This document shows, piece after piece, positions 7,957 through 16,700 of a DNA stretch of 40,682 nucleotides. The DNA comes from a virus. Taxonomy: Duplodnaviria > Caudoviricetes. Every line of letters starts with the position of its first letter. Position 1 is the stretch's first letter. The DNA is taken from the IMG/VR virus record IMGVR_UViG_3300048861_000274, positions 1 through 40,682 of that record; one strand, 5' to 3'. A program made the translations under genes and the position numbers. The notes beneath the pieces were generated by a model. The model ran no database searches and was not told where the DNA came from. It saw only the letters and a program-made list of their open reading frames with translations.

Positions 7957-8193
7957 ATGTCGAACTATGAGATCAAGGTCCGGTTTCTGCGGCAGTTGAT
8001 AACGATCCGGGCATCTGATGCTGAGAACCTGCGATACTTTGAAACGTCCGGTTGCCGCCTCACGAGCAATGGCGCGGATATCACGGCTGAGCATATCGAG
8101 ACTAAGCGCCGACATCTCGCCGAGATAGACGGGGTGATCGCCATGGCGCAGTCCGAGCTTGGCCTGAGTGCGTCGGACGAGACAGGCTCTTGA
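7957..8193 (+). CDS. Hypothetical protein
   Basis: 78 aa ORF with upstream purine-rich RBS. Confidence 0.65.
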   Translation: MSNYEIKVRFLRQLITIRASDAENLRYFETSGCRLTSNGADITAEHIETKRRHLAEIDGVIAMAQSELGLSASDETGS

Positions 8194-8244
8194 CCCAGCC
8201 CGGCAGAAAATGTAGGTCATAGCTATCGTGGGAATTGCGCCCAC
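8190..8244 (+). promoter_or_regulatory. Putative late promoter element, copy 1 (TTGACC -35, CCGGCAGAAA spacer motif, GTGGG-N3-TGCGCCCA hairpin)
   Basis: Motifs recur with near-identical spacing at 33272-33327; lies just before the tRNA and terminase genes. Confidence 0.65.
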
Positions 8245-8250
8245 ATTCTG

Positions 8251-8272
8251 ACCCCGCTTCGGCGGGGTTTTT
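8251..8272 (+). terminator. Intrinsic terminator
   Basis: ACCCCGC-TTCG-GCGGGGT followed by TTTT. Confidence 0.88.
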
Positions 8273-8396
8273 GATTCCCGCTCTGCCTCGGCATCGGGCT
8301 TTTATGGCACGACCCGCTGTGCTCCCCGGCTCAAGGTCGTTGAGGCAGGCCACCTCTCAGTCGGCGGGTGCTGGCCTTCAGCCCGCAACAGATCAT

Positions 8397-8473
8397 CGTG
8401 CCGTAGAGCAGTTCGGTAGCTCGCCAGCCTCATAAGCTGGAGGTCGCCAGTTCAAATCTGGCCGGCGCAACCA
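8397..8473 (+). tRNA. tRNA-Met(CAT), initiator-type
   Basis: 77-nt cloverleaf: D arm GAGC/GCTC, anticodon arm CCAGC-CTCATAA-GCTGG, T loop TTCAAAT, encoded CCA, C1xA72 mismatch. Confidence 0.93.
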
Positions 8474-8495
8474 TACGCACACCTCGGAGATCGCC

Positions 8496-8678
8496 ATGGC
8501 CGCTGCCGGTGTCCGCGTAGCGATCCCAGACGGCTATGCCGACGAACTGTCCGACATCTATTGGCGCGTCGATAACCTGTGGAAGCGGATCGGCAATCCG
8601 CAGGCCTATAGCGAGGAGGTCTCCGAAATGAAGGAGAAGCTGCTCACTCTCGGCGCCAAGCGGTATCCCCGGAGATGA
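8496..8678 (+). CDS. Hypothetical protein
   Basis: GGAG RBS; ATGA overlap downstream. Confidence 0.65.
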   Translation: MAAAGVRVAIPDGYADELSDIYWRVDNLWKRIGNPQAYSEEVSEMKEKLLTLGAKRYPRR

Positions 8679-8764
8679 GAGACATCCTCTACGTCGGCGC
8701 GCTCCTCATCGGAATCGCGCTGGTCGGCTGCGCCCCAGCCTTCGCCGTCCTGCTGTTCTACTGA
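8675..8764 (+). CDS. 29-aa hydrophobic microprotein (not in ORF track)
   Basis: MRDILYVGALLIGIALVGCAPAFAVLLFY; fills the gap between two genes. Confidence 0.5.
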   Translation: MRDILYVGALLIGIALVGCAPAFAVLLFY

Positions 8765-8767
8765 GCC

Positions 8768-8992
8768 ATGCGCCTCGCCGACGTCGATGTGGCGCAGGCG
8801 CTTACGATCGATCGCGATGTGGCGTTTGCCCTCATCGCTACCGTCGAGCGCGGCGAACTCCAGGTCACGATCGGCAAATATCCGCATCCCGACATGATCG
8901 ACGTGGTCTCCACCCCGATCATCGCCGCCCTGCGGTCCAGAATTGAACGCATCGAGCAACGCCTGACGGAGCTTGGTGTCGAGTGTGAGTGA
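8768..8992 (+). CDS. Hypothetical protein
   Basis: 74 aa ORF with C-terminal coiled coil. Confidence 0.6.
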   Translation: MRLADVDVAQALTIDRDVAFALIATVERGELQVTIGKYPHPDMIDVVSTPIIAALRSRIERIEQRLTELGVECE

Positions 8993-9000
8993 GGTGCGCC

Positions 9001-9450
9001 ATGGCTGATGATGTGGCGCCGGAAGGCAAGAAGCGCGGACCCCCGAGCCCGTTCAAGCCGGAGATGGTCGAGCAGGCTCGCAAGCTGGCTCAGCTTGGTG
9101 CCACGGACGTCGAGATCGCCGACTTCTTCGAGGTCACGAAAAAGACCGTCTACGTCTGGAAGCACCGGCATCCGGAGTTCGCAGCGGCGATCGCCACTGG
9201 CAAGGAGGGTCCGGACGATCGCGTGGTGCGGTCGCTCTACCAGAAGGCCGTCGGCTACTCGTTCGATTCCGAGAAGATCTTCTGTGACAAGGGCGTCGTT
9301 ACCCGCGTGCCTGTCGTCGAGCACGTCCCGCCCAGCGACACGGCCTGCATCTTCTGGCTGAAGAACCGGCAGGGCTGGCGCGACAAGGTCGACGTTGAAG
9401 CAAGCGTGGGCATGACGGTCAAGATTTCCGGTGCAGACGCCGACCTTTGA
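9001..9450 (+). CDS. terS: Terminase small subunit
   Basis: HTH GATDVEIADFFEV...WKHRHPEF, ACIFWLKNR; GAGG RBS; precedes terL. Confidence 0.88.
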   Translation: MADDVAPEGKKRGPPSPFKPEMVEQARKLAQLGATDVEIADFFEVTKKTVYVWKHRHPEFAAAIATGKEGPDDRVVRSLYQKAVGYSFDSEKIFCDKGVVTRVPVVEHVPPSDTACIFWLKNRQGWRDKVDVEASVGMTVKISGADADL

Positions 9451-10708
9451 ACTGACGCCGAAGCAGGCGGAAGTTCGCAACATCCTCGCCGGCCCAGAGC
9501 GTCATAATCTGGTCTACGGCGGGTCTCGCTCCGGCAAAACATTTTTGCTCTGCTATGTGATCGCTACGCGGGCCATCAGTTCGCCCAACAGCCGGCACCT
9601 GATCGCTCGGAAACAAAACGTCGACGTCCGCCAGTCCGTCATGATGGACACATGGCCGACGATGATGCGGCTGGCCTATCCGGGCGTCGATTATGAGATC
9701 AACAAGTCGGACCAGTACGCGACCATCGAGGATGGGCGCGAGGTTTGGTTCGCGGGGCTCGATGACAAGGACCGCGTCGAGAAGATTCTCGGCAAGGAAT
9801 ACGCGAGTTGGTACGTCAACGAGAGCAGCCAGGTCGCATACGAGACGATCCTGACGCTCCGCACCCGGCTGGCGCAGAAATGCTTCAAGGTCGATGGCCG
9901 ACCGCTGAAGCTCAAGGCCTATTACGATCTCAACCCGACCGGGCGGGGGCACTGGAGCTATCAGGAGTTCGTTCTCGGCAAACGGCCGGATAACCAGCTT
10001 CCGGTTGAAGCCGGCTCCCGTGCCTATGCTGTGATGAATCCGGCGGACAATCCGAACCTGCCGCCGGAATACCTCGCTGAGCTTGCCGCGCTGCCCGAGA
10101 GGCAGCGTCAGCGCTTTCTAGAGGGCAAGTATCTCTCCGAAGTGCCGGGCGCACTGTGGCCATTCGAGCGGATCGAGCGGGGCAGGGTGGCAAGCCCTCC
10201 GCCGTTGACGCGCATCGTCATTGGCGTCGACCCTTCGGGTTCGGATGGCACTGGCGGTGACCGTCAAGGCATCCTCGTCGTCGGTCTCGGTATCGATGGC
10301 CGAGCCTACGTTCTCGACGATCTATCCTGTCGCATGTCGCCGAATGGATGGGCCGCCGTAGTTGCCCGGGCCTACCAACTGCACGGCGCCGATCTGATCG
10401 TTGCCGAGCAGAACTACGGCGGCGCCATGGTCGAGAGCACGTTGCGCACGGCGGACGCCAATCTGCCGGTAAAGCTCGTTTCGGCGAGCCGCGGCAAGCA
10501 CATCCGGGCTGAACCAGTCGCCGCGCTCTATGAGCAGGGCAAAGTCAGCCACGTCGGCACGTTCGGCGATCTCGAAGAGCAAATGGGGTTGATGACGACC
10601 GGCGGATACCAGGGCGGTGATAGCCCTGATCGGCTTGACGCGCTCGTGTGGGCGCTCACCGAACTCGCGGTCAGCGGCAAACGCCCGATCAACTTCGCCG
10701 GGATTTGA
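9431..10708 (+). CDS. terL: Terminase large subunit
   Basis: Walker A GGSRSGKT, Walker B WYVNE, DLNP coupling motif, nuclease GVDP and SPDRLDALVWA. Confidence 0.96.
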   Translation: MQTPTFELTPKQAEVRNILAGPERHNLVYGGSRSGKTFLLCYVIATRAISSPNSRHLIARKQNVDVRQSVMMDTWPTMMRLAYPGVDYEINKSDQYATIEDGREVWFAGLDDKDRVEKILGKEYASWYVNESSQVAYETILTLRTRLAQKCFKVDGRPLKLKAYYDLNPTGRGHWSYQEFVLGKRPDNQLPVEAGSRAYAVMNPADNPNLPPEYLAELAALPERQRQRFLEGKYLSEVPGALWPFERIERGRVASPPPLTRIVIGVDPSGSDGTGGDRQGILVVGLGIDGRAYVLDDLSCRMSPNGWAAVVARAYQLHGADLIVAEQNYGGAMVESTLRTADANLPVKLVSASRGKHIRAEPVAALYEQGKVSHVGTFGDLEEQMGLMTTGGYQGGDSPDRLDALVWALTELAVSGKRPINFAGI

Positions 10709-10722
10709 ATGGGAGACGGCGT

Positions 10723-12081
10723 TTGGCGCTAACGAACCCATTCAAGGGTCTGCGGCTTGGCCGTCCGCGGAAGGAGCCGAAGCGAGACAGCGCGCTCTAC
10801 CCGCGCCTGCTGAGCATTGGATCGCAGCGCCGCTGGGGCAGCAAAGCGCTGATCAAGCCGTCGCCGTCCAACCTGCGGCAGTTTGCCAAGAGCGTTTATG
10901 CCCGGCGAGCGATCAAGGCGATCAAGGATCCGATCGCGACGCTGGGCTGGGAAGTGACAGTCAAAGCCGGCGTTACCCTCAACGCCGAGTTGCAGCGGCA
11001 GATCGATATCGTCACGGCCTGCTTCGAGCAGCCCAACCGGGACGACAGCTTCCGGTCGTTCCGCGAGCAGCTGATCGAGGATCTGCTGACGTGCGGAGCC
11101 GGATGCTTCGAGCATCAGCTTGGTGGCGACGAGGTTCGCCCGGTGTGGATGTGGCCCGTCGACGCCCTCTCGATCCAGATCTTTCCGGGTTGGGATGGGA
11201 ACGACGGCACGCCGCGGTACTACCAGAGCCTGGGCTACAGCAACGTCGGCGGTCAGGAAGGACGGCCGCTCCGCAACAACGAGTTGGTCTATATCAAGGC
11301 CGACCCGACAACCTATTCGCCGTTCGGTCTCGGCTCGCTCGAAGTGGCGTTCCTGTCGATCTCCCGGCAGCTCGGCGTCGCCGACTATGCCGGCAACATC
11401 GCCAGTAACGCCCACCCCGAGAACCTGCTGTTCTTCCCCGGCGCCTCGACGGATGAGGTCAACAGCATCCGGGCGTTCTGGCAGAACGAGGTTGAGGGTC
11501 AGGGCAAGATCCCGATCTTCGGCGGTGGGGATGACAAGGGGGATGGCAAGGCATCGGTCGTCGTCGCCAAACTCCGCGGCGCGACCGATGACGCATTGTT
11601 CCTCAAGTATCAGGAGCTTCTGGTCCGGGAGATCGCGACCGCGTTCGGCCTGAGCCCGCAGAACCTGGCGATCGAGCGAGACGTCAACCGCGACACGGCC
11701 GAAGTGGCTGAGGATCGGGATTGGGCGCAGGTCATCATTCCGACGGCCCATCTGATCGAATCCTATCTGAATCGTGAGGTCGTCGCCGGCGCGCTTGGGT
11801 TCAGTCAGATCGCGTTCCGGTTCACCGGCCTCGATCGCGACGACGAGAAGGCTTCGGCGGAGATCTTCCAGATCCGCTACAAAAACAACGTCCTGACCCC
11901 GAACGAAGAGCGTGCCCGACTGGGCCTCACGCCCTCCGAAAATCCATGGTCGGACATGCTGTTCGCAGATGTCCAAATCGCCATCGATGCCGCCCGGAGT
12001 TCGGCGGAAGTGCTCGATCCCAACCTGGAAGATGGCGGCAAGAGCAAGCCCCAACCCAAATCACCGAAAGGCAGCCGATAA
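10723..12081 (+). CDS. Portal protein
   Basis: Follows terL; PFGLGSLE, REIATAFGLSPQNL, LTPNEERARLGL; TTG start after GGAG. Confidence 0.93.
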   Translation: MALTNPFKGLRLGRPRKEPKRDSALYPRLLSIGSQRRWGSKALIKPSPSNLRQFAKSVYARRAIKAIKDPIATLGWEVTVKAGVTLNAELQRQIDIVTACFEQPNRDDSFRSFREQLIEDLLTCGAGCFEHQLGGDEVRPVWMWPVDALSIQIFPGWDGNDGTPRYYQSLGYSNVGGQEGRPLRNNELVYIKADPTTYSPFGLGSLEVAFLSISRQLGVADYAGNIASNAHPENLLFFPGASTDEVNSIRAFWQNEVEGQGKIPIFGGGDDKGDGKASVVVAKLRGATDDALFLKYQELLVREIATAFGLSPQNLAIERDVNRDTAEVAEDRDWAQVIIPTAHLIESYLNREVVAGALGFSQIAFRFTGLDRDDEKASAEIFQIRYKNNVLTPNEERARLGLTPSENPWSDMLFADVQIAIDAARSSAEVLDPNLEDGGKSKPQPKSPKGSR

Positions 12082-12380
12082 TGCCCCGTTTCGTGCACAC
12101 CGTTGCCGTCGCTGACGGCTCCGACCTTCTGCGGTCGGATCATATCGTTCTTGCGCAGCTGACCGTCTCCATCGCCGCAGGCGGTTCGGCCGGCGCCGCA
12201 GTCACCACGGCGGTCGCCATGAAACTGCCTCCGTCCTATAAGGTTCAGGCGACGCCGAACCAGGATGCGGTTGCCTACATCGCGGCGAAGACTGCGACGG
12301 GCTTTAACCTCGTGGTCAACCCTCGTCTGGCCGCAAACACCATTGCGGCCGGCACCGTCGACCTCCTGATCACGGCTTGA
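12081..12380 (+). CDS. Small beta-rich virion protein (possible head decoration)
   Basis: TAATG coupling; Ala/Val/Thr-rich; head-module position. Confidence 0.6.
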   Translation: MPRFVHTVAVADGSDLLRSDHIVLAQLTVSIAAGGSAGAAVTTAVAMKLPPSYKVQATPNQDAVAYIAAKTATGFNLVVNPRLAANTIAAGTVDLLITA

Positions 12381-12382
12381 TC

Positions 12383-12703
12383 ATGGCGAACGAGAAAAGC
12401 CAGAGCGCGGCCGACGTCGATCCCTTCGCCGAGCCGGCGGAGACGGTCGCTCCCGAAGCCGCTGCAACCGAGCAGCCCGTGCCTGTCGCTGCGGACATCC
12501 CGGCTGAGGCCGAGGCCGATGCTCCGGAACAGATGCCGGCCGAGATCTCGTCGGAGCTGGCGCATCCCAACCGTGCGAGCGCGGTCGGACGTCTGGAGGC
12601 TTGGGCGGCGGACACCAGGCACATGCTCAGCAACCTCGGGCATGAATTCGATGGCGAGACGGGTGAGATGATCACCTATCTGCGCGCGAAGCTCCTGTCG
12701 TAA
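12383..12703 (+). CDS. Acidic Ala/Pro/Glu-rich hypothetical protein
   Basis: ORF fills the gap before the protease; host-like codon use. Confidence 0.65.
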   Translation: MANEKSQSAADVDPFAEPAETVAPEAAATEQPVPVAADIPAEAEADAPEQMPAEISSELAHPNRASAVGRLEAWAADTRHMLSNLGHEFDGETGEMITYLRAKLLS

Positions 12704-12716
12704 ACTGGAGACCGGC

Positions 12717-14087
12717 ATGTCGCTGACGAAGGAGCAACGGGACGCGCTTGCGCCCGAAATGTTCGCCGTCCCCGACAAGCGGATGTTGCCGATCCAGGAC
12801 GCCAAGCATGTGTCGATGGCGTGGGACATGGTCGACCGCACGAAGGGGCTCTCCGACGACGAGCGCACTCACGCACGGACGCGGATCAAGGAGCGGGCCG
12901 GCGAGCTTGCCATGGACACGTCGGGCTGGTCGACGCTGAAGGCAATGGCGCTTGCCGCCATGAGCTTGCAGGTTCCCGAGACTGAGGATCATCCCAACAA
13001 GATGCCCTTCAAGGGCGTCCTGACCCGTCTTGATAGCCCGTCGGATGCCCCACCCCACGGGTCGGGCGGCCGGCGCGTGCTACTTCCCAAATCCGTCGCA
13101 GAGAAGGCGTTGCCTTCGCTGCTGGGGATGGCCGTGGACCTCACGGCCGGCCTGAATGGCCACAACGCCCAGAACAAGGTCGGCCTCATCTGCGAGGCCG
13201 ATATCGAGGGTGATGCAATCACACTCGCGGGCTTCATCTACGCGGCTGATTTCCCAGACGCCGCCGCAGACATTCGCGCCAACAAGGACGTTCTCGGCTT
13301 CTCGTTTGAGATGAAGAACGTCCGCGTGGCAGACCCGACTGCGGACCCCCTGGTGATCGAGGATTGCGTGTTCACTGGCGCCGCCATTCTGAAGAAGACG
13401 GATGCCGCCTACCAGACCACATCACTCGCGGCCTCGAAGGACCGCCAGGAGACCCTAGACATGACGAAGGAAGAACTTGAGGCGATCCTCGCGCCGGCTC
13501 TGGCCGCCGCCGTCGCCCCGCTCAAGACCGAACTGGACGCTCTGAAGGCCGGCCAGGATAAGGTCGCGTCCGACCTTGCGGCGGGCAAAGAAACCCATTC
13601 GAAGATCAAGCCGCACGCCGACGCGATCCGCGCCTGCTCGGCGGCGATGGACGCCGCTGGTATCGGCGGTCACGCCACGCGCGGTCCGGCTGCCAACCTG
13701 AACCGGATGGCCGATCGCATGGAAGCTGAAGCGATGGTCGGCAAGCTGCCGCACGTCTACCGCGACCATGACTTCTTCGTCGACGCCGGCGCCGACGTTG
13801 AAGGCAAGGACAGCCCTGAAGTGAAGGCGCTGAAGGAACTCGTGGCCGGTCTGGAGACGAAGGTCACCGACCTGTCCAAGCGTGAATTCAACGCCTCGCA
13901 GGAGCCTCCTCGCAAGACGGTTTCGGCCGACAGCACTGCGCTGCTCGGCAAGTTCAACATCCAGGCGGGTGCTGATGGCAAGGTCTCGGTGCAGGCCGTC
14001 GACACGGCACTGGAAGCCGCTGGCGTCACTGGCACCAAGGCGATCGAAGCCAAGCTGAAGCTGCACGCCGCGGGCCTCATCGGCTGA
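12717..14087 (+). CDS. Prohead protease/scaffold fusion with DUF6582-like N-terminus
   Basis: QRDALAPEMFAVPDKRMLPIQDAKHV head; H(NAQNKVG) and LGFSFE protease-like motifs; helical C-terminal half; precedes capsid. Confidence 0.78.
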   Translation: MSLTKEQRDALAPEMFAVPDKRMLPIQDAKHVSMAWDMVDRTKGLSDDERTHARTRIKERAGELAMDTSGWSTLKAMALAAMSLQVPETEDHPNKMPFKGVLTRLDSPSDAPPHGSGGRRVLLPKSVAEKALPSLLGMAVDLTAGLNGHNAQNKVGLICEADIEGDAITLAGFIYAADFPDAAADIRANKDVLGFSFEMKNVRVADPTADPLVIEDCVFTGAAILKKTDAAYQTTSLAASKDRQETLDMTKEELEAILAPALAAAVAPLKTELDALKAGQDKVASDLAAGKETHSKIKPHADAIRACSAAMDAAGIGGHATRGPAANLNRMADRMEAEAMVGKLPHVYRDHDFFVDAGADVEGKDSPEVKALKELVAGLETKVTDLSKREFNASQEPPRKTVSADSTALLGKFNIQAGADGKVSVQAVDTALEAAGVTGTKAIEAKLKLHAAGLIG

Positions 14088-14118
14088 TCACCGCCGCTCC
14101 ATCAAGGATCTGACCAAC

Positions 14119-15129
14119 ATGAATATCCAAGCCAAGTCCATGGACCTGAGCGCTGCGGCTGATTTCCTCGGCCCGGGCGCGATCGAGATTCCGCTCTTCG
14201 AGAAGGAAATTCTCGACGTCGTTCGCCGCTCTTCGGTCGCCCTTAAGCGATTCAAGACCAAGCGCGCGACGGGCCACCCGCACCGCTACTTCGAGCAGAC
14301 CGGCATCGCGACCGGTGCTGCCGTCGATCCCCGCAACCTGTCGGCGACTGCGACCACGCCGACGCGCGTCGAGCGTCCGGCCTTCATCAAAGCCGCGACC
14401 GCGCAGACGAACATCTCGATGTTCGACAAGGACGTGACCGAGCAGCAGGGTCAGTTCGACTCTGTGGTCGCGACCGATATCGACGACATCACCAATGCCG
14501 TCGAGGTGAAGCGCGGCCAGATGCTCTGGGCCGGCAGCGACACCAGCCTGACCGCTCCGACCACGCTGGAGTGGATGGGTGCCTTGGCTCAGATCTCTGG
14601 CGGCGGCGCTTCCAGTTCCATCGTCAACGTGACCTGCGCGCCCGGCACGTCGATCATCGACACCCTGAAAACCACGATCGCCAACATGCTCGGCCAGCAG
14701 GGCTTCGACGTGATGCCGACCGGCATTTACGCCAACCCGGTCCTGCTCGATCTGATCGATCAGGAAGCCAAGGCGGCGCATATCGACCTCAAGACCCGCG
14801 AGGTCGTCGCTGGCGTCACGGTGAAGTACATCTCCACTCAGGCCGGCGACCTGCCGCTGATCCCGGACGTGTACATGCCGAACGACACCACGGCGAAGTA
14901 TGGCTTCAGCCTCAATGGTTCGAACAAGAACTATTATGCCGCCATCATGACCGAGCCCCTGACCGAGATCGCGTACATCTCGGGTAAGAAGGATGATCCG
15001 AACCCGCGCCTGTTCCAGCTCGGCCTGACCGGCAACCTCGCCGGCCAGTTCGTGGCTGTGAAGTTCGATGCCCTGGTCGTTAAGGGCACCGGCTATGCAC
15101 ATGGCCTGGTTTGCGTGCAGCGCCCGTAA
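14119..15129 (+). CDS. Major capsid protein
   Basis: 336 aa, follows protease/scaffold, strongly biased codons, followed by a terminator. Confidence 0.85.
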   Translation: MNIQAKSMDLSAAADFLGPGAIEIPLFEKEILDVVRRSSVALKRFKTKRATGHPHRYFEQTGIATGAAVDPRNLSATATTPTRVERPAFIKAATAQTNISMFDKDVTEQQGQFDSVVATDIDDITNAVEVKRGQMLWAGSDTSLTAPTTLEWMGALAQISGGGASSSIVNVTCAPGTSIIDTLKTTIANMLGQQGFDVMPTGIYANPVLLDLIDQEAKAAHIDLKTREVVAGVTVKYISTQAGDLPLIPDVYMPNDTTAKYGFSLNGSNKNYYAAIMTEPLTEIAYISGKKDDPNPRLFQLGLTGNLAGQFVAVKFDALVVKGTGYAHGLVCVQRP

Positions 15130-15152
15130 CGGCGCTCGACATCCACGAATGG

Positions 15153-15186
15153 TGAGGAGGGCGGCTTCGGTCGCCCTCTTCATTTC
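15153..15186 (+). terminator. Stem-loop/terminator after capsid gene
   Basis: TGAGGAGGGCGGC-TTCG-GTCGCCCTCTTCA then TTTC. Confidence 0.75.
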
Positions 15187-15197
15187 AGGGAGGCGTT

Positions 15198-15437
15198 ATG
15201 CGGGTATTCCGTCCGGGTCAGCCGAATTCCACGATCCATGTCACGCCCGGTGCCTTCCATGACACTTCGGACTGGCGGGATAAGAACGGCAAGCCGATCA
15301 CCTTCCAGGTCGTGTTCACGCACGGGGTTGCCTCGGTCGATAGCCAGCTGGGCGAATACCTGATCAAGGACGGGCATGCGCAACGCACCCCGCTGATCCT
15401 GCCAAATTTGCGCCGCTTTCTGCGCGCGGCGGGCTGA
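15198..15437 (+). CDS. Small head-associated hypothetical protein
   Basis: GGAGG RBS; FTHGVASVDSQLGEYLI. Confidence 0.7.
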   Translation: MRVFRPGQPNSTIHVTPGAFHDTSDWRDKNGKPITFQVVFTHGVASVDSQLGEYLIKDGHAQRTPLILPNLRRFLRAAG

Positions 15438-15443
15438 ACACGA

Positions 15444-16352
15444 ATGCCCTCCAGCTATCTGCAAATCAGCGAGTATCCGGCTTGGGGCTTGCCGAGTTCG
15501 ACGACTGCCGGGCAAGTCCAGCAGGCCTCCACGATGATCGACGTGTTTCTACGTCGGCCGGAGGGACTGGTTTGGACCCCGGATGCTGATGGCATGCCTG
15601 CCTTCATGGCGGCTGCTGAGCCTTCTGCAACATGCACCCTCCAAGATGATATAGCGGCAGGGCAGAACGTTGCGGCGACGCTGAGCGGTCCGGTCGGCAT
15701 GATCCAGCCGGGTGATGTGCTGATCGTCGACCGGGACCTTGAAGGCGGCAAGCCCGAAGCCCTCGTTCTCGGCTCCGTACTCAACCAGGCGGTCACCTTC
15801 CGGTCAGTCGCATACCCCCATGCCTCGGGCGCTGTGCTCGAAGCCGGCATGACGATCACCGAGCAGAAATTCCTTCCGAAGAACCGGCCCATCACGATGC
15901 TGAGCCGGTATCCTGTCGCCAACATCGTCTCCGGCTCTGGTCGCTACGGCTACAGCCGGCGCGGCGAGTCCGCGACCTCCAATATGGAAGATTTCAACCT
16001 GCTGGCCGCACTCTCGCATTTCGGCGGGCCGCCAGCATGGGAAGTGTTCGATCCGCGCACGACCGATGTCGACCCGCTTACCGGCCAGTGCTGGATCCCC
16101 GCCGGCATCATGCTGGCCTATTACACCGAGGTGAAGGTCCGCTATGTGGCGGGCTATCAGGCTTCGGCGATCCCATTCCCGATCAAGCAGGCTTGCGCGA
16201 TGCTCGTGCAGGCCATGGAGGACGCCCCCGCTCTTGGCGCGGTGAAGCGCTACCAAGCAGGCGGGACGGCCATCGAGCGCTTTGCCGACACGATGATCAG
16301 CGGCGACGTGAAGCGCGCTCTTCTGCCGTACCAGGCAAAGGCGATGGCCTGA
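15444..16352 (+). CDS. Head-tail connector/adaptor (long form)
   Basis: N-terminal SYL..SEY...ASTMID, C-terminal VRYVAGY...IPFPIKQAC...VKRALLPY. Confidence 0.78.
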   Translation: MPSSYLQISEYPAWGLPSSTTAGQVQQASTMIDVFLRRPEGLVWTPDADGMPAFMAAAEPSATCTLQDDIAAGQNVAATLSGPVGMIQPGDVLIVDRDLEGGKPEALVLGSVLNQAVTFRSVAYPHASGAVLEAGMTITEQKFLPKNRPITMLSRYPVANIVSGSGRYGYSRRGESATSNMEDFNLLAALSHFGGPPAWEVFDPRTTDVDPLTGQCWIPAGIMLAYYTEVKVRYVAGYQASAIPFPIKQACAMLVQAMEDAPALGAVKRYQAGGTAIERFADTMISGDVKRALLPYQAKAMA

Positions 16353-16699
16353 TGTCGTTCCTCTATCCCCGCACGGTCGCGTTCAACCGGCCGGCAGCGC
16401 AGTCTGGCGTTGGTGCGCAGCCCTATGGCGGGCAGGTCGTTGCTTCGGAGACGGTCGTCGTTACCGCGGTGCGCGCCAGCATTCAGGAGCGCCGCGAGGG
16501 CACGAACAATCCCGTCGGCTTGCCCGGCGATGCGATGCGGCCGACCTTCTACGTCTTCATCCCCAAGGCGGCTCTAGCGCTCGGTGTGGTGCTCGATCGC
16601 GACATCATGATCGACGATCTCGGGCAACGTTATCAGGTGGTCGCGCCGTATTGGGACTCGCTTGGCTACCGGCTTACCGTGCTGCTTCTGGAGACCTGA
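16352..16699 (+). CDS. Head closure/head-tail joining protein
   Basis: TGATG coupling; size, position and DRDIMIDDLGQRYQV pattern. Confidence 0.7.
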   Translation: MSFLYPRTVAFNRPAAQSGVGAQPYGGQVVASETVVVTAVRASIQERREGTNNPVGLPGDAMRPTFYVFIPKAALALGVVLDRDIMIDDLGQRYQVVAPYWDSLGYRLTVLLLET

Positions 16700-16700
16700 C

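Noticed and set aside
10729-12054. Long minus-strand ORFs (also 14077-15183, 22464-23390, 25248-26414, 33913-35112, 36365-37495)
   Set aside because: Antisense shadows of well-supported + strand genes, expected with GC-rich codon bias; no recognisable motifs
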